Part shown: in pieces, positions 23,715 through 36,176 of the stretch
How the letters are laid out: every line of letters begins with the position of its first letter
Numbering within the stretch: the stretch's first letter is position 1
Source of the DNA: Batkoa obscura
Taxonomy: Eukaryota
DNA: 64,000 nt
Reading direction: 5' to 3'
Assembly: GCA_030770535.1 (NCBI GenBank)
Contig: JASVEC010000003.1
Coordinates: forward strand, 620,001 to 684,000
Position numbers and translations under genes: made by a program
The notes under the pieces: generated by a model
Seen by the model: only the letters and a program-made list of their open reading frames with translations
Databases searched by the model: none
Told to the model about the DNA's origin: nothing

Positions 23715-26603
23715 TTAAAGTTCAAAGACGACATCTTTAAAGAGATATAAAACACCGACTCTAGTAGTAGAGACTGTGGACCAACGAGGCATATGTCCAC
23801 TAATCTCTTGAATAGCTGGAATAAACTTTGGATCATCATAAAAGCACGAAATACCTAATTTGATAATAGCTGGAGAAGTATTATTTTTTAAATAGTTAAA
23901 AGATACTTCGAATGGAAAATTGTAATCTCTTCTCATTAAAACAATTTCATTTTGGTTATAACTGTCTATAACTAACTTCTCATTTTTGTTTTTAGAATTG
24001 ACTGTTTTAATGGCTATATTTGTGACATCTTGTTTATAAAAACTTAATAAGCATATATTACTTCTATATGCGTTAAGTTGAACTCTTAGTTTAAGATCCT
24101 TATTATTTGATGTATCTTTTTTTAAAGTAGCATTGATAAGTTTGTAATTCTCAATTGGAAAAATAGGTTCAGGGGCAGAATAGTGATATACATATTGATC
24201 CCCAATAGGCTTAATATCCGATAAAGGATTATCTTTTGCAGATGGAATACTATTAACAATTTCTTTTAAATAAGAAGTAGAAGTAATTGAACCGTAAGAA
24301 TTATCATTACTATCAAAGCTAAACGGGTCTATATTTTCTCTCATTAAGTTGCATCCAATTTCCTCCGAAATACATTTATTTTGTCCAATTTGAAATACTA
24401 AAGGTGCTTTTTCATTTACTGGGAAACTAAAAAATACTGAAATTGAGATGATGATCCATATAACTAAAAAGGTAATCATCATCTTAATCGGAATTTTCTT
24501 GATTACTTTTGGTACTAAATTGATTGATATTAAACTAGATACTCCCCCCAAACTTGAAATAAAATAATAAACAACAGCTTTTTTACCACCAGTTGGGATT
24601 GTTTGTGTTAATCCTGCTAATACCGCTATTACTATTTCTTGGAAAAACAAATTGGACAATATTATAATCAAAAATAGTAATAAATTATTAAAAATATTAA
24701 TATAACGGTCATACTTGCTACCACTATAGATAATATCATTGGAGGAAACATGATTGGAGACCTTGTCATTAGAGATATCATTATTAGAGCTATTATCGCT
24801 TAAATTCGTAGCGCATTTCTTATAATTATTAATACTCAAACTTGGATAATTATATTTAAATAATAAACCATGTATTGTTGAATATATAAAATTAAATATA
24901 GAGAGGATGCTCAAAAAATATAATGGACCTAATCCTTTAGTCAATAGTACAATGTTAAGAATATTACAGACCAACCAAAATATACTACTTGACTGGATTA
25001 AAATAGGCTCAATTAAATCTAGTTGTCGACTATTTTCATACCACGACCATAAATAAATTACTATACTCAAACATAGTAATCCAAGGAATGTATAAGATCC
25101 AAACACAAAATCCGATTTGCTATGTGCTGCCATACCTTCACCGCTAACCCAAAAGTAATTGGATGTGACTGCCAAGGCACCATAAAGTAAAATACCTACT
25201 ATAATGGCAATAAGTCCACGAAGAATAGGGAGCAATGTGAATCTTATAGTCAAAGATAGATTATTTTCATTCTTGTTCAAATTAAAATAAACAGTTTTAA
25301 TTATAATGAGTACAATTGAAATAAATTGTAAAGCTGCTATTATTGAGCATATTATAATATAGGACTTAAATGAGTAAACCTCTGAAAAATAACCAAAAAC
25401 ATCAAAAAATACACCTCCATCTTCTGAGTCACCCAGCTTATCAATTTCGTTTGATTTCCCTAAAGTACTGATTGCTGAACACACGGTCTCACCAAATACT
25501 TTGAGTGATTCAAAATGCATGTTAGAAGCATCATCTTTATAAGTATGATAAAAGGCTCTATTTGAATAAATGGCAAAGTCTACTCCTGGAATATTAGCAG
25601 CATTGTAGATTTGAAAATCCGTGTTAGAATTCACCACTCTTAATTTAAAACCAGTAAATGCGATAACTGAACTATGCGGATGGGGTGTCTTTGAAAATGC
25701 TTTATTAATTATATTACTTGAAGATTGAAATATCATTCCTCTGTTTCCAACACCTGAAGCTTCCATATTAATAAACCCCTTAACATCATTTTTCCATTCA
25801 TGTAGTAAAAATGCTTTTGATCCAAGCATTCCCTTTTCTTCTCCAGAATTAAAGTGGTAAATAAGATCAACAGTTTTTGGTGGATTTAATATGCTTAATC
25901 TTAATGATTCTAATAATGATACTACTGAAATACCATCATCGCTTGCACCGTGACTAGTTGATTGTGAATCATGATGGGCAGATAAAAGTAAGGCTGGCTT
26001 TCCATAACTTTTAATAGTATTATTGTTATTCTTGTTACTTGGTAGATCAAATGAAAGTGGATGAACTCTTACTAAAATATTACTTGATTCAAAATAAGTA
26101 GTGTGAAAACCACTTCTTGATGTAATTTTACTTAATGTTTTTTCAGCCAACGTACTAGTCCGACGATCAAAATCCACTTCAACTATATTTTTTTCATATA
26201 ACCTCATGGATAATTCTTGTAAGGCTTTGATATAGGATAAAATATAACTTTCTACATTTTTTATCTCATCGGTGTTATAGGAATGTACCTTGGTACCGAA
26301 TCTCATCAAATGGGAATATGCAAAATCAGTATTAAATTCGTTATATTTCCTTAACTCATCAAAGTTAAATTTGTACTTATAAATGTTGTTCTCAGTCTCG
26401 ATCGCTGGTAGACTTATCTTATTGTTTAAAAAATTGTTTTGCCACTCTTTCCAATAGCTTGGTGATTTTTCTGATAATGTTAAAAAGTTTAACATAATTT
26501 GAAAGGTAGAGATGTAGATTATCACAGCTAAACAGAACGTTGCAACTGAAATATATCTTTTAAAGAAGCTTAAAATTTTATCCTTGGAGGTGCTATTGTA
26601 CAT
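23715..26603 (-). CDS. M28 zinc metallopeptidase with multi-pass membrane domain (ERMP1/Pff1-like), paralog 1, intronless
   Basis: 962-aa ORF with SAHHDS, GASDDG, SGEEKG, NMEASG and YHTYKD metal-binding motifs, followed by about 8 hydrophobic segments. Confidence 0.92.
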   Translation of the reverse strand: MYNSTSKDKILSFFKRYISVATFCLAVIIYISTFQIMLNFLTLSEKSPSYWKEWQNNFLNNKISLPAIETENNIYKYKFNFDELRKYNEFNTDFAYSHLMRFGTKVHSYNTDEIKNVESYILSYIKALQELSMRLYEKNIVEVDFDRRTSTLAEKTLSKITSRSGFHTTYFESSNILVRVHPLSFDLPSNKNNNNTIKSYGKPALLLSAHHDSQSTSHGASDDGISVVSLLESLRLSILNPPKTVDLIYHFNSGEEKGMLGSKAFLLHEWKNDVKGFINMEASGVGNRGMIFQSSSNIINKAFSKTPHPHSSVIAFTGFKLRVVNSNTDFQIYNAANIPGVDFAIYSNRAFYHTYKDDASNMHFESLKVFGETVCSAISTLGKSNEIDKLGDSEDGGVFFDVFGYFSEVYSFKSYIIICSIIAALQFISIVLIIIKTVYFNLNKNENNLSLTIRFTLLPILRGLIAIIVGILLYGALAVTSNYFWVSGEGMAAHSKSDFVFGSYTFLGLLCLSIVIYLWSWYENSRQLDLIEPILIQSSSIFWLVCNILNIVLLTKGLGPLYFLSILSIFNFIYSTIHGLLFKYNYPSLSINNYKKCATNLSDNSSNNDISNDKVSNHVSSNDIIYSGSKYDRYINIFNNLLLFLIIILSNLFFQEIVIAVLAGLTQTIPTGGKKAVVYYFISSLGGVSSLISINLVPKVIKKIPIKMMITFLVIWIIISISVFFSFPVNEKAPLVFQIGQNKCISEEIGCNLMRENIDPFSFDSNDNSYGSITSTSYLKEIVNSIPSAKDNPLSDIKPIGDQYVYHYSAPEPIFPIENYKLINATLKKDTSNNKDLKLRVQLNAYRSNICLLSFYKQDVTNIAIKTVNSKNKNEKLVIDSYNQNEIVLMRRDYNFPFEVSFNYLKNNTSPAIIKLGISCFYDDPKFIPAIQEISGHMPRWSTVSTTRVGVLYLFKDVVFEL

Positions 26604-26729
26604 TTCACTTCCTAATTATCGTTTTTTAGTTTTATTCTAAGATACAATAGATTGTTTTGTATTGCTTTTTATTTTATTTTAAAAATTACACCTTTATATA
26701 CTCTTTTTTTATTATGAGTCAATTTTTTT

Positions 26730-27280
26730 TAAAGTCAAACATTTAATTCACCTTAATGTAGAACATTTGTTTTTAATGCGGACATTTAATTTAGTTTAAT
26801 GTCGAACACTTCCTTTATTTTAGTATAAAACATTGAAGTTTGTTTAATTGCGAACATTATGTTTATTATAATTTATCAATTTAATTTATTGCAATTTGAG
26901 GTAGTTTGTTTATCTTGATATCAAACATCTGACTTATCATAAATAAAAGATAGTTGATTAATCTTAAAGATTTTATTTATTATAATTTAAAATAGTTCAC
27001 TTATTACAATATCAGATATTTGGTTCATTATAATCAAAGATAGTTTGTTTATTATAATGTCGAGAATTTAATTGATTGCAACGTAGGATAGTTTGTTTGT
27101 TTGTTATAACTTTGTGCGTTTAGCTTATTGCAATATTGAATATTTTCTTTAGCGTAGATTTTTTTCGTTATAAAAAAGTACATTACTTATTTTAATATCA
27201 ACATTTCGTTTGATGTAATTTTAAGCTTTTAATTTGTTCAATATAAACATTGTTTATTACAATGTCGAACATTTAATTTA
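26730..27280. repeat. Degenerate ~23-bp minisatellite, consensus approx. TTTATT(A/G)CAATGTCGAACATTT
   Basis: Recurring units, e.g. taatgtagaacattt (26754), taatgcggacattt (26774), taatgtcgaacact (26797), ttattacaatatcagatatt (27001), ttattataatgtcgagaattt (27049), ttattacaatgtcgaacattt (27254). Confidence 0.7.
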
Positions 27281-27397
27281 AAAATGAGAACTAACTCTAT
27301 ACCTGTTACTAAACTAAATTGGAACCCCCTTATTTTAAACTTAATGAATTATTAGATCCAAGGACACAATGTGAAAGTAACGCATTAAATTTCATAT

Positions 27398-27495
27398 GGG
27401 GATGTATTTTTATGTTTAAGAATTTTACTAACAATCTTTCCGCTCAAATAGCGCTTAAGAGATGGAAAAAATAATGAAACCAGAAAAAACACCCC
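27398..27495 (+). mobile_element. MITE family 1, copy D
   Basis: Consensus match; ATAT/ATAT flanks. Confidence 0.9.
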
Positions 27496-27957
27496 ATATA
27501 ATTTCAATATAAAGTGAAAAATTCCGATCGTGATTTAACCGAATGTTATGTTCTTTTAAAATATGCTTTAGTTCTAATAAAATAAAAGTTGGGAAAGCGG
27601 GAACAGTATACCCGAAAGAAAAAAAATAAGAGAATGAATTAAAATTTCTAAATTGCGCTATGCTTCCCCTATGTTATCATTCATTTTAAGATAAAACTTC
27701 TACAAATAAGCTTATGAATGGAAAACATCGAGAAACAAATTTTAGAACATAATTCAATAAAACTTAGATAATAAAATTTTAAATCTATTTGATATGGGGG
27801 TATTTTTTATATAAAAAGTTAATATCTATTATTTAAAAATGCTTATTAAACAAAAAATTATTTTATTAAATAAGATATTTTAAACAGTACTTTTTTAAGA
27901 GTAAAGACAATAATACTATTTTATATCAAATAAATTCTTAATATTAACATTAACATT

Positions 27958-28055
27958 GGAGATGTATTTTTTGTTTAAGAATTTTACTAACAATCTTTTC
28001 ACTCAAATAGCGCTTAAAAAATGGAAAAAGTAATGAAACCAAAAAAAACATCCCC
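27958..28055 (+). mobile_element. MITE family 1, copy E
   Basis: Consensus match; flanks imperfect (CATT/ATTA). Confidence 0.88.
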
Positions 28056-28358
28056 ATTATTTTATGTTTATTTATAAATTTTTTAAATAGTATACTAACC
28101 TGAGTTTTTTAATTTATATTAAATTTTTTAAACACATTAATCACTTCAATTTCAATCTTTAAAACATATGTTTGATAATATACAATACTATAACTCACAT
28201 AAGCTTAACTTTTTTGAGCTGTATCAATCATTATAAGTTAATTGAAATTAATAATACTAAAACTTTTCAACTTGTTAACTATTTTTATTTCAATACTAAA
28301 AATAACAATTAAAGATAGTCGCCTCCTATTTTATTGCGATCTCATTTTTTGACTTGTA

Positions 28359-29546
28359 TTAACTATTATAAATCATTTTAAAATCTAAAAAAAAAATATA
28401 AATTTTACAATTCTAATTAACAAAAACACTTACTTAAGTTTGTATAATTCTTATTCAATGTATTTAAAAATATATTAATAAATTTTTGAAATTTATAAAA
28501 TTTTTGGATTTTAAATCGAATCCTTTTCAATTTGAAATGTATTATTAATACTAGTTCGAAGTCTTCATTTTCATAGTACTTAATAATTTCGATATTATTT
28601 ATTTGACTATTATCAATATCATTTATATTATTGTCTATCTTACTACTATTATTATCTATATTATTTTCAAGTTCTTTATTATACCCATTAATTATATTGT
28701 TACAATAACTAATATCAGTAAATTGAAATTGATTAATTAATATATTGTTCAATAAACAAATCAACATATCCATATCAAAAGCCTTAAAATTATACTCAAA
28801 AGCACACTCAAATGTTGTAAAAATCAACTGGAATAAAGCAATTTTGTTTAATTCTATCAATTTAAATAAAATTAAATTGGTTTGAAATGTATAATTTTTA
28901 TTATTGTAATTTAATAATTGATATGAAAAATTCAATTGATATTGTAAATTTGAATTAATTATTAATTGATTTATTACTTGCTTTTTATTTAATTGAATTT
29001 TTAAATAAATAATTTTACTTTCTTGATATTTTATAATTTCTTGATTGTCTTCATATTGTATATAATAAATTAAATAGTCTTGATTATTAATAATTGACGA
29101 CTCATTTTCATTACAAACTAAATCAATAATAGCTTTTATATTGTATATTGAATAACTAAATAGTTAAAATTAAGAAAATTAAATTTAACTTTAATAATTG
29201 ACTTACTTAGATTCATTTGTAACTTTAATTTTCAACCAAAAATTCAATTCCCTTTTTTTATAATATTCTATTTTTTCAATTTTTAAATAATTCAACGTGG
29301 AATTGGCTTCATTAACTAATAAGTTTCCCAATAATAAATCCGAATAATTATTATTTTCATTGATATTACTTTCTTTATCATTTTCTATTAATTCATTAAA
29401 TGTATTTCTATTACAAATTTCATTGAAAATTATTATTGAATCATTTAATAATTTTTTTTTAAGTTGAATTTGAGATTGAATATATTGAATATTATTAATC
29501 ATTATTTCTCTCTTCTCTTGTATTTGATTTAATACTTGTTGTTGAA

Positions 29547-29598
<52 letters not shown>

Positions 29599-30154
29599 TT
29601 CATTTAAAATCTTACTATTTTTATCCTTTGTTTCCAACCAATAGATAAGTTCATTGAAATTAATTAATGATAAAAAACGATTGAGATGTTGATTATAAGT
29701 AGTAACTATAAATTCATTCCAAATAAAAAGAAGATTCTCTAACTTTAATGTTAATTTTTTAATACTTTGATTCTTATTTATTAAATAAATAATATTATCA
29801 CAATAAATAAATAATTTAAATTCATTATTTATATTCAAAGATATTAAAAAAAGATCCTGAATACTATCGAATTGAAACAAAGAGGGATTAATTAAGTTAT
29901 TATTTTGAAAATCAAAATAATAAACGGAATTATTATTAGTTATAATATACCCTTGAATACAATTAAAATCTATTTTCCTATCATTAACTAGCACCTTTTT
30001 TATCTTTTCATTCTTTGATAGTTTAATAATACTTTGAGTGGATTGAATTTGAAATTGATTAATAGTTTGTAATTTCAATTCATTTTTTTCATTATTATTA
30101 CTAATTAAACAATATTTTTGTTGACTAAATTGAGCAATAGAATAATAATAATAA

Positions 30155-30186
<32 letters not shown>

Positions 30187-31049
30187 TACGTTTTTATTAA
30201 TAAACTGAATTTTATGATGTTTTAAATCATAGTTAGTTAATGATGAAAAGTAAGATAAATAATTACAATTGTTACACTCATATGAAAAGATGAAATTAAT
30301 AAATAAATTATTTTTTAATAAACTTAATTGTAATTGATGTAAATAACCTAAATGTTGAATTTCTTTTTTTAATGGAAATTTATAATCCATTTTTATTTTA
30401 ATTTCATTTTGTTTGATATCAAATGTAATTATCCTTATCTGTTGTGTCTTTTTATAATTTAATATTATTGTTGGTATTGGACTATCATTTTTTATTAATT
30501 ATTAAAAATAAAAGGTAATAAATAAAACTACCTATTATCATCAATAGAATTCATTTCAAATAAAACTAATTCGATATCTTGATAATTATCTAATAAAATT
30601 AAAATAAACCATTTTTTATTATTTATAATGAGTTTACCTTGTCGACACTTTTCTAGAATATATTTGAAATTAGTATTATTTTTTAATTTAAAGCTAGTTT
30701 TATTAAGATTGGTACTATTGTCAATCTTAATTTCATCAACTTCTTCATTGTTTAAATAAAACAAATTAAGATCCAAATAGCTTTCTTTCTCTATTTCATT
30801 ATATAGTTCTACTTTAATCAACGCATTTTCATTCTCTTCATTTTGAAAAACAGTAGTATAAATCAGATGCTTCTCCTGCTTATCAACACTAGAATTCAAC
30901 CTCTTCCTTTTACTCTTCTGAATTGTTTCCTCTTCCTCTTTCTCTTTCTCTTCAATACCCTTTTTACATTGATGATCAATTAAATAATAGGGTACTTTAG
31001 GTATATTTCCAAGACTTTTTTCATTTTTCGTTGTATAAAACTTGAACAT
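28359..31049 (-). CDS. Large Asn/Ile-rich multi-exon protein; candidate FANCB/FAAP100-like (3' end uncertain)
   Basis: ORFs 30528-31049, 29203-30390 and 28417-28935 are collinear; the intron 29156-29206 joins the last two in frame. A beta-rich N-terminal part is followed by a helical segment (QIQLKKKLLNDS) and then IEKIEY...LKIKVTNESNYSIYNIK, reminiscent of FANCB. The gene is well supported, the family call is weak. Confidence 0.5.
29549..29596. repeat. (ATT)n microsatellite encoding poly-Asn; a second tract lies at 30157-30186
   Basis: Perfect trinucleotide runs within ORF 29203-30390. Confidence 0.95.
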
Positions 31050-31305
31050 TAAAAAAGAGTATTCTCATTTCTCCTTCAATTTTTTTCCAAAAAAAACTCA
31101 AAAACTCATCCAAAAAAACCCCACCAATAAAACTCCACTTCCTAAAATTTCCAATAATGGCCACGTAACAAATAATCCCCATAAACCATCCATCAAGTTA
31201 TTTATAAATTTATCTTTTTTTATTGTAATTCAATAATCCTTAAAAATTCAATTTCCTTCCTTTTTCTTAAGTTTATTTTTAACATTTCTTTTCATTTTAT
31301 ATAAA

Positions 31306-31767
31306 ATGTTGCCTATAAAACAACATCTCGATCAACACAGTAATGGTACCCCCATCATCCTCGAAGATGCGGCTCAAGCATTAGCCCATTACCCCCATGC
31401 ACGTAAACACAATGGCTTAATTTATATCTCTGGTATCAGCAGTCGTCGAGAAGACAATAGTTATGAAGGGGTCGCTGTGCAACCCGATGGTACTAAGTTC
31501 CTTGATATTAAGTTACAAACTTCAGCAGTCTTAAAAAATATTGAAAAAATACTTAAACAAGCGCATGGTACCTTAGATAATGTAATTGATTTGACCGTTT
31601 TTTTGACGGATATGAAATATTATCAAGAATTTAATCAAGTTTATAATCAATTTTTTAAAAAGGAAACGGGGCCGAGTAGAACTACCGTGGCCGTGTATCA
31701 GTTGCCTAATCCAGATCTTTTGATTGAAATTAAGGCCATCGCTTCTGATCCTCATTTTAAGAAATAA
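31306..31767 (+). CDS. RidA/YjgF-family protein resembling 2-aminomuconate deaminase; intronless
   Basis: YPHARK...IYISGISSRREDN...LDIKLQT...GPSRTTVAVYQLPNPDLLIEIKAIA. The SG.SSRR.DN and RTTVAV.QLP.P.LLIEIK motifs match the recalled bacterial NbaF/AmnD-type subfamily. Confidence 0.85.
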   Translation: MLPIKQHLDQHSNGTPIILEDAAQALAHYPHARKHNGLIYISGISSRREDNSYEGVAVQPDGTKFLDIKLQTSAVLKNIEKILKQAHGTLDNVIDLTVFLTDMKYYQEFNQVYNQFFKKETGPSRTTVAVYQLPNPDLLIEIKAIASDPHFKK

Positions 31768-32070
31768 AAATTGCTGTTGTTTATTTTTTTTTGTTTTATA
31801 TTCTATTTAGTTAAATTTTAATACCATTTTCAATGGCATTCTCTCATAAACTACATGACGTCATCGTCCTTGATTATTATGCCATTCTATATTAATTTAA
31901 TTCAGTAACAAATTCAAGTAGTAATAGTAACTGAAAATAATATTATTGAATTCCTAATCATTGGAATCAGTGGTGAAACAAGAATAAAGAAATAAAAATC
32001 CAAAATGTAGGTTGAACTATTTATTATTTGTTTTAGTTTATAATTTTTTTATAAAACATTATAATAACAA

Positions 32071-35000
32071 ATGACTTCATTTCCATTGTATGGTAGTAGC
32101 CCGGATCCCTTTCCTAGTTTTATTGATCAGTTAGGAGATAGAAAAGGTAAATTTTAAATTTTATTTAATATTAATTAAATATTTTCTTCTATCTTTTTCA
32201 ATAATTCAATTGAACATTTTATCTATTAAGCCCAAGGTTATATCAATAAACCTATCAGCGATAAACGGTATGATACCAACTTACAGTGTTATCAAAAGTT
32301 GAGTAATGACACCATATTTTTATCATTAATAATCCATGAACAATATATTATTGCAGGATGTAAAGAAGGGAGTATCAAAGTAAATTTTAATTTTAATTTA
32401 TAATCAATGAATGAATCAAAATATTGATGATTTATTAATTTAGGTCTGGAACAAACATACTTATTTATTAGAAAAAGAATTGATTGGACATAATAGAGCA
32501 GTATTATGTTTATGTATCAATGAGAAAGATCAATTATTATTTTCAGGGTCAAGTAAGTTTTTGCCTGTTTTCAATTAATTATAATAATATTTTAATATAT
32601 TATCTTTTGTTTATTGATAGGTGATGATACTATTCGAGTAAGTCAATACTAATCAATCAATAGTTAATAATTTAAATGCGAGATTGATGGTTTTCTTTAG
32701 GTTTGGGATTTAAAAACCCTGACACAAAAATATAACATCAATACATATGAACAAGTAGGAGATATATTATCTATGGCTTATCATCCATTATCAAATACTT
32801 TGTTTTTTGGTTGTCAAAACGCTAGTATTCAAGTAAGTATTTTCTTTCTTTTTTTTTCTTTCTTTTGTTTTAACAGTAAATTTTTATATGTTTAGTGGTT
32901 TTGTCTTGATAATATTTCAGGAGTAGAGAAGAATGGTGAGGAAGGGGATGAAAGTGGGAAGAGTAATTTTGATTTTAAAAATATACCTGGTTTACCACCA
33001 AGTAGTAATTTAAAATCTTTTTTTAAATCAAATAAAAAACAAGAAGAATTAAAAAATAAGGAGGGCATTAATGAGGAGAACAATAATTTTTATCAAATTC
33101 ACTCCAATTCAATTCAATCCTTTGCTCATCATGGGGCTGTTTATTCACTAATTATCGATAATTTACCAGATGATGAAAATGAATATTTGTTTTCTGGTAA
33201 TTTAATTATATAGAAGGTACTTGATTTTTAATTTCTAATAATAATTTAATATTTAGGTTCCGCCGATGGTAGTATTAAAGTGAGAAATTAAGTTTTAATA
33301 ATAACAATGGCAGTAATAATAATAACTTAGATATGGAAAATCAATAACAATAATTCAAGTTTAATATTTGAACATAAAATATTAAATGAAAGTAAGAAAG
33401 ATATCTTATCAATTTATTGTTTACAAATACAAAATGGACTTTTGTTTGCTGGACTTCAAACAGGTACAATTACAGTTTGGGATTTAGATACGTTTCAAAA
33501 GGTTCGTACGTTAATTGGACATTATGTAATTATATTTATTATCTTGACAAATTGAAAACTAATTTATGGGTTTATTTTAGGATGATATTATGGCCATGTC
33601 AATATTAAATAATGAATTATATTCAGCTTGTTCTAATGGATTTATTAAAGTAATTCCTATTATTGAGTGGAATTTTAATAAAATATTAATAATAATACTA
33701 TCATTATTGTTATTGTAGAAATGGAATCGAAATTTAGAATGTATAGGAACAATACAAGGACATGAAAATAGTATCTTATGTTTAATATCAGATTTTGATT
33801 TTACATTATATTCTTCAAGTTCGGATTCTTTTATTAAGGTAATATTTTTATTTTGAAGAAATGAAATGATATTAATGATTTCTATATTTATTTTTAAATA
33901 GATTTGGAAAATTAATAATTTTAATTCCCCATTGAATTTTAATAATGAATTAAATAATTACAATAATAACAACTCTTATAAAATTATATTTGAAGATGAT
34001 TTAATTGGTAAGATAGTATTTATTATGTTTATTTAATATTTATTTATTTTGTTTTTAATTAGATAATATAATTCATGTATTAGAAAAATTTATCTTAATA
34101 CCAAGTATAAGTGGGTCAATTCACCACCAAGAAGATTGTCGATTAGCTAGTAAATTTTTAAAAAACTTATTTTTACAATTAGGTAAATAATACATTTTAT
34201 ATAAAATATACAATAATAAACATGTGAACTAATGTATATAAATAAAATATTTAGGAGCTGAATGTAAAATTATTAAAAATAATAGTCAAAGGAATCCCAT
34301 TGTTTATGCCAAATTTAATGCCAATTGCATTAATACTATTAATACTGATATAATTAAAAATTTATTATTTTATGGTCATTATGATGTAGTATCTGCTAAC
34401 CCTAAGGATTGGGATAATAACAATCCATTTATATTAAACGGTAATTTATTAACTGTATAATAATTCAAATAATAACAATGATAATAATAATAATAATAAT
34501 AATACAATACTAAATTAATAAAAATAAATAGGTAAAGATGGATATTTATATGGACGAGGAATCACAGATAATAAAGGACCAATAATTACAATGATATTTT
34601 CGATCTTTAATTTATTTAAAAAAAAAGAATTAAAAAGTAATGTTCATTTTTTAATTGAAGGAGAAGAAGAATCAGGTAGTATTGGATTTTATGAATCGGT
34701 AGCTTCTATTTCTAATTTACTTGGAAATATTGATTTAATTTTATTAAGGTAAAAAAAATTATAATGATTTTAATGATTTTAATGATTTTAAAATAGTAAC
34801 TCTTATTGGTTGGGAGAAAGTATTCCCTGTTTAACTTATGGTTTAAGAGGTGTGATTCATGCTTCTATTAAGGTAAATTAATATAATAATATAATGTTAT
34901 AATAATAACAGTAATAATAATAATTAGATATATAATAATCAAAATGATTCTCATTCTGGGGTTTATGGTGGAGTTATTGCAGAACCATTAATTGATCTTA

Positions 35001-35904
35001 CTCATTTATTATCGAAATTAATTAGTGATAAAGATAATAAGGTTTTAATACCTGGTAATAATTATAAATATTTAACATTTAAAAATAATAATAATAAATA
35101 GAATTTTATGCTAAAGTAAGAGAAATAACTGATGAAGAATCAGAAGAATATAAAGAGTTAATCGAAATATTTAAGTAAATTTTATTATTTATTATTTATT
35201 ATTTCAACTTAAGATTTTGTATTAACTTGAATAACTTTTTAGTAAAATGGAACAAAACAAAAAAGTGAATATAAGTAATATACAACAACAATGGCGTGAG
35301 CCTACATTTACGATCCATAAAATGGATTCTTCAGGACCTAAAACACATAGTACTGTGATACCGAATTGGGCAAGAGCCGATGTATCCATGAGAATTGTAC
35401 CGGATCAAGATATTAATGTTATTAGTCAAAGTTTTATTGAATTTATTGAAAAATTATTTTTACAATTAAATAGTAAAAATAAAATTGAGGTAACAAAGAA
35501 ATAATTTCTATTCAATAAGATAGTGAATTAAACGTATAATATTAATTAGATTACAATTCGACAAAGTTCCAATTGGTGGTTAGGTGATAAATCTAATAAT
35601 TCATATAACTTAATGAGGGAAGTTATTAAGAAGGTAAGTTAATAGTAATATATATATAAATTAACAGTAATATTAAATATTATTTTATTAGGAATGGAAT
35701 TATTCCCCTATCAATATAAGAGAAGGTGGTTCCATTCCCACTGTACCATGGTTAGAAACTCATTTTAAAGCGCCAGCATTACATTATCCAATGGGACAAG
35801 CTTCTGATCAAGCGCATTTAGCTAATGAAAGATTAAGAATCTTAAATATTATTAAAGCTAAAAACTGTATCTTGGATTTTATGAAACGTTGGGCTGAAAT
35901 TTAA
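32071..35904 (+). CDS. DUG2: WD40 + M20 peptidase-like subunit of the glutathione degradation (Dug) complex; many introns
   Basis: N-terminal WD repeats (GH...LFSGS.D.TIRVWD) followed by M20 motifs YGHYDVV, GYLYGRGITDNKGP, IEGEEESGS, SNSYWLGE..PCLTYGLRG, HSGVYGG, IREGGSIP and PMGQASDQAHLANER. Confidence 0.92.
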
Positions 35905-36176
35905 TTTTCTGGATAGAATGAAATAAAATTAAGAAATTTCATTTTTTCTTATATTGTTTATTTGTTTATTTGCTTATTGAAATTGAATAATTTAAAAAAT
36001 TGAAAATTTAAATCGAGTAATAAGCTCTAAAAAAGGATCTAAAAAATATTAAGAGAATTAAAGCAATGAAAAAAAGAAATTGAGAACAGGGAGTATTAAT
36101 TAGAAAAAAGTGAAAAGAAAAGAAGATAACAAAAGAGAAGAATAAAAGATATTAAAAAAAAAACTGAATTTCTTTT

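Noticed and set aside
27796..27830. Additional MITE family 1 copies at ~27796 and ~58800-58840
   Set aside because: Only one terminus-like fragment each; too degenerate to count as copies.
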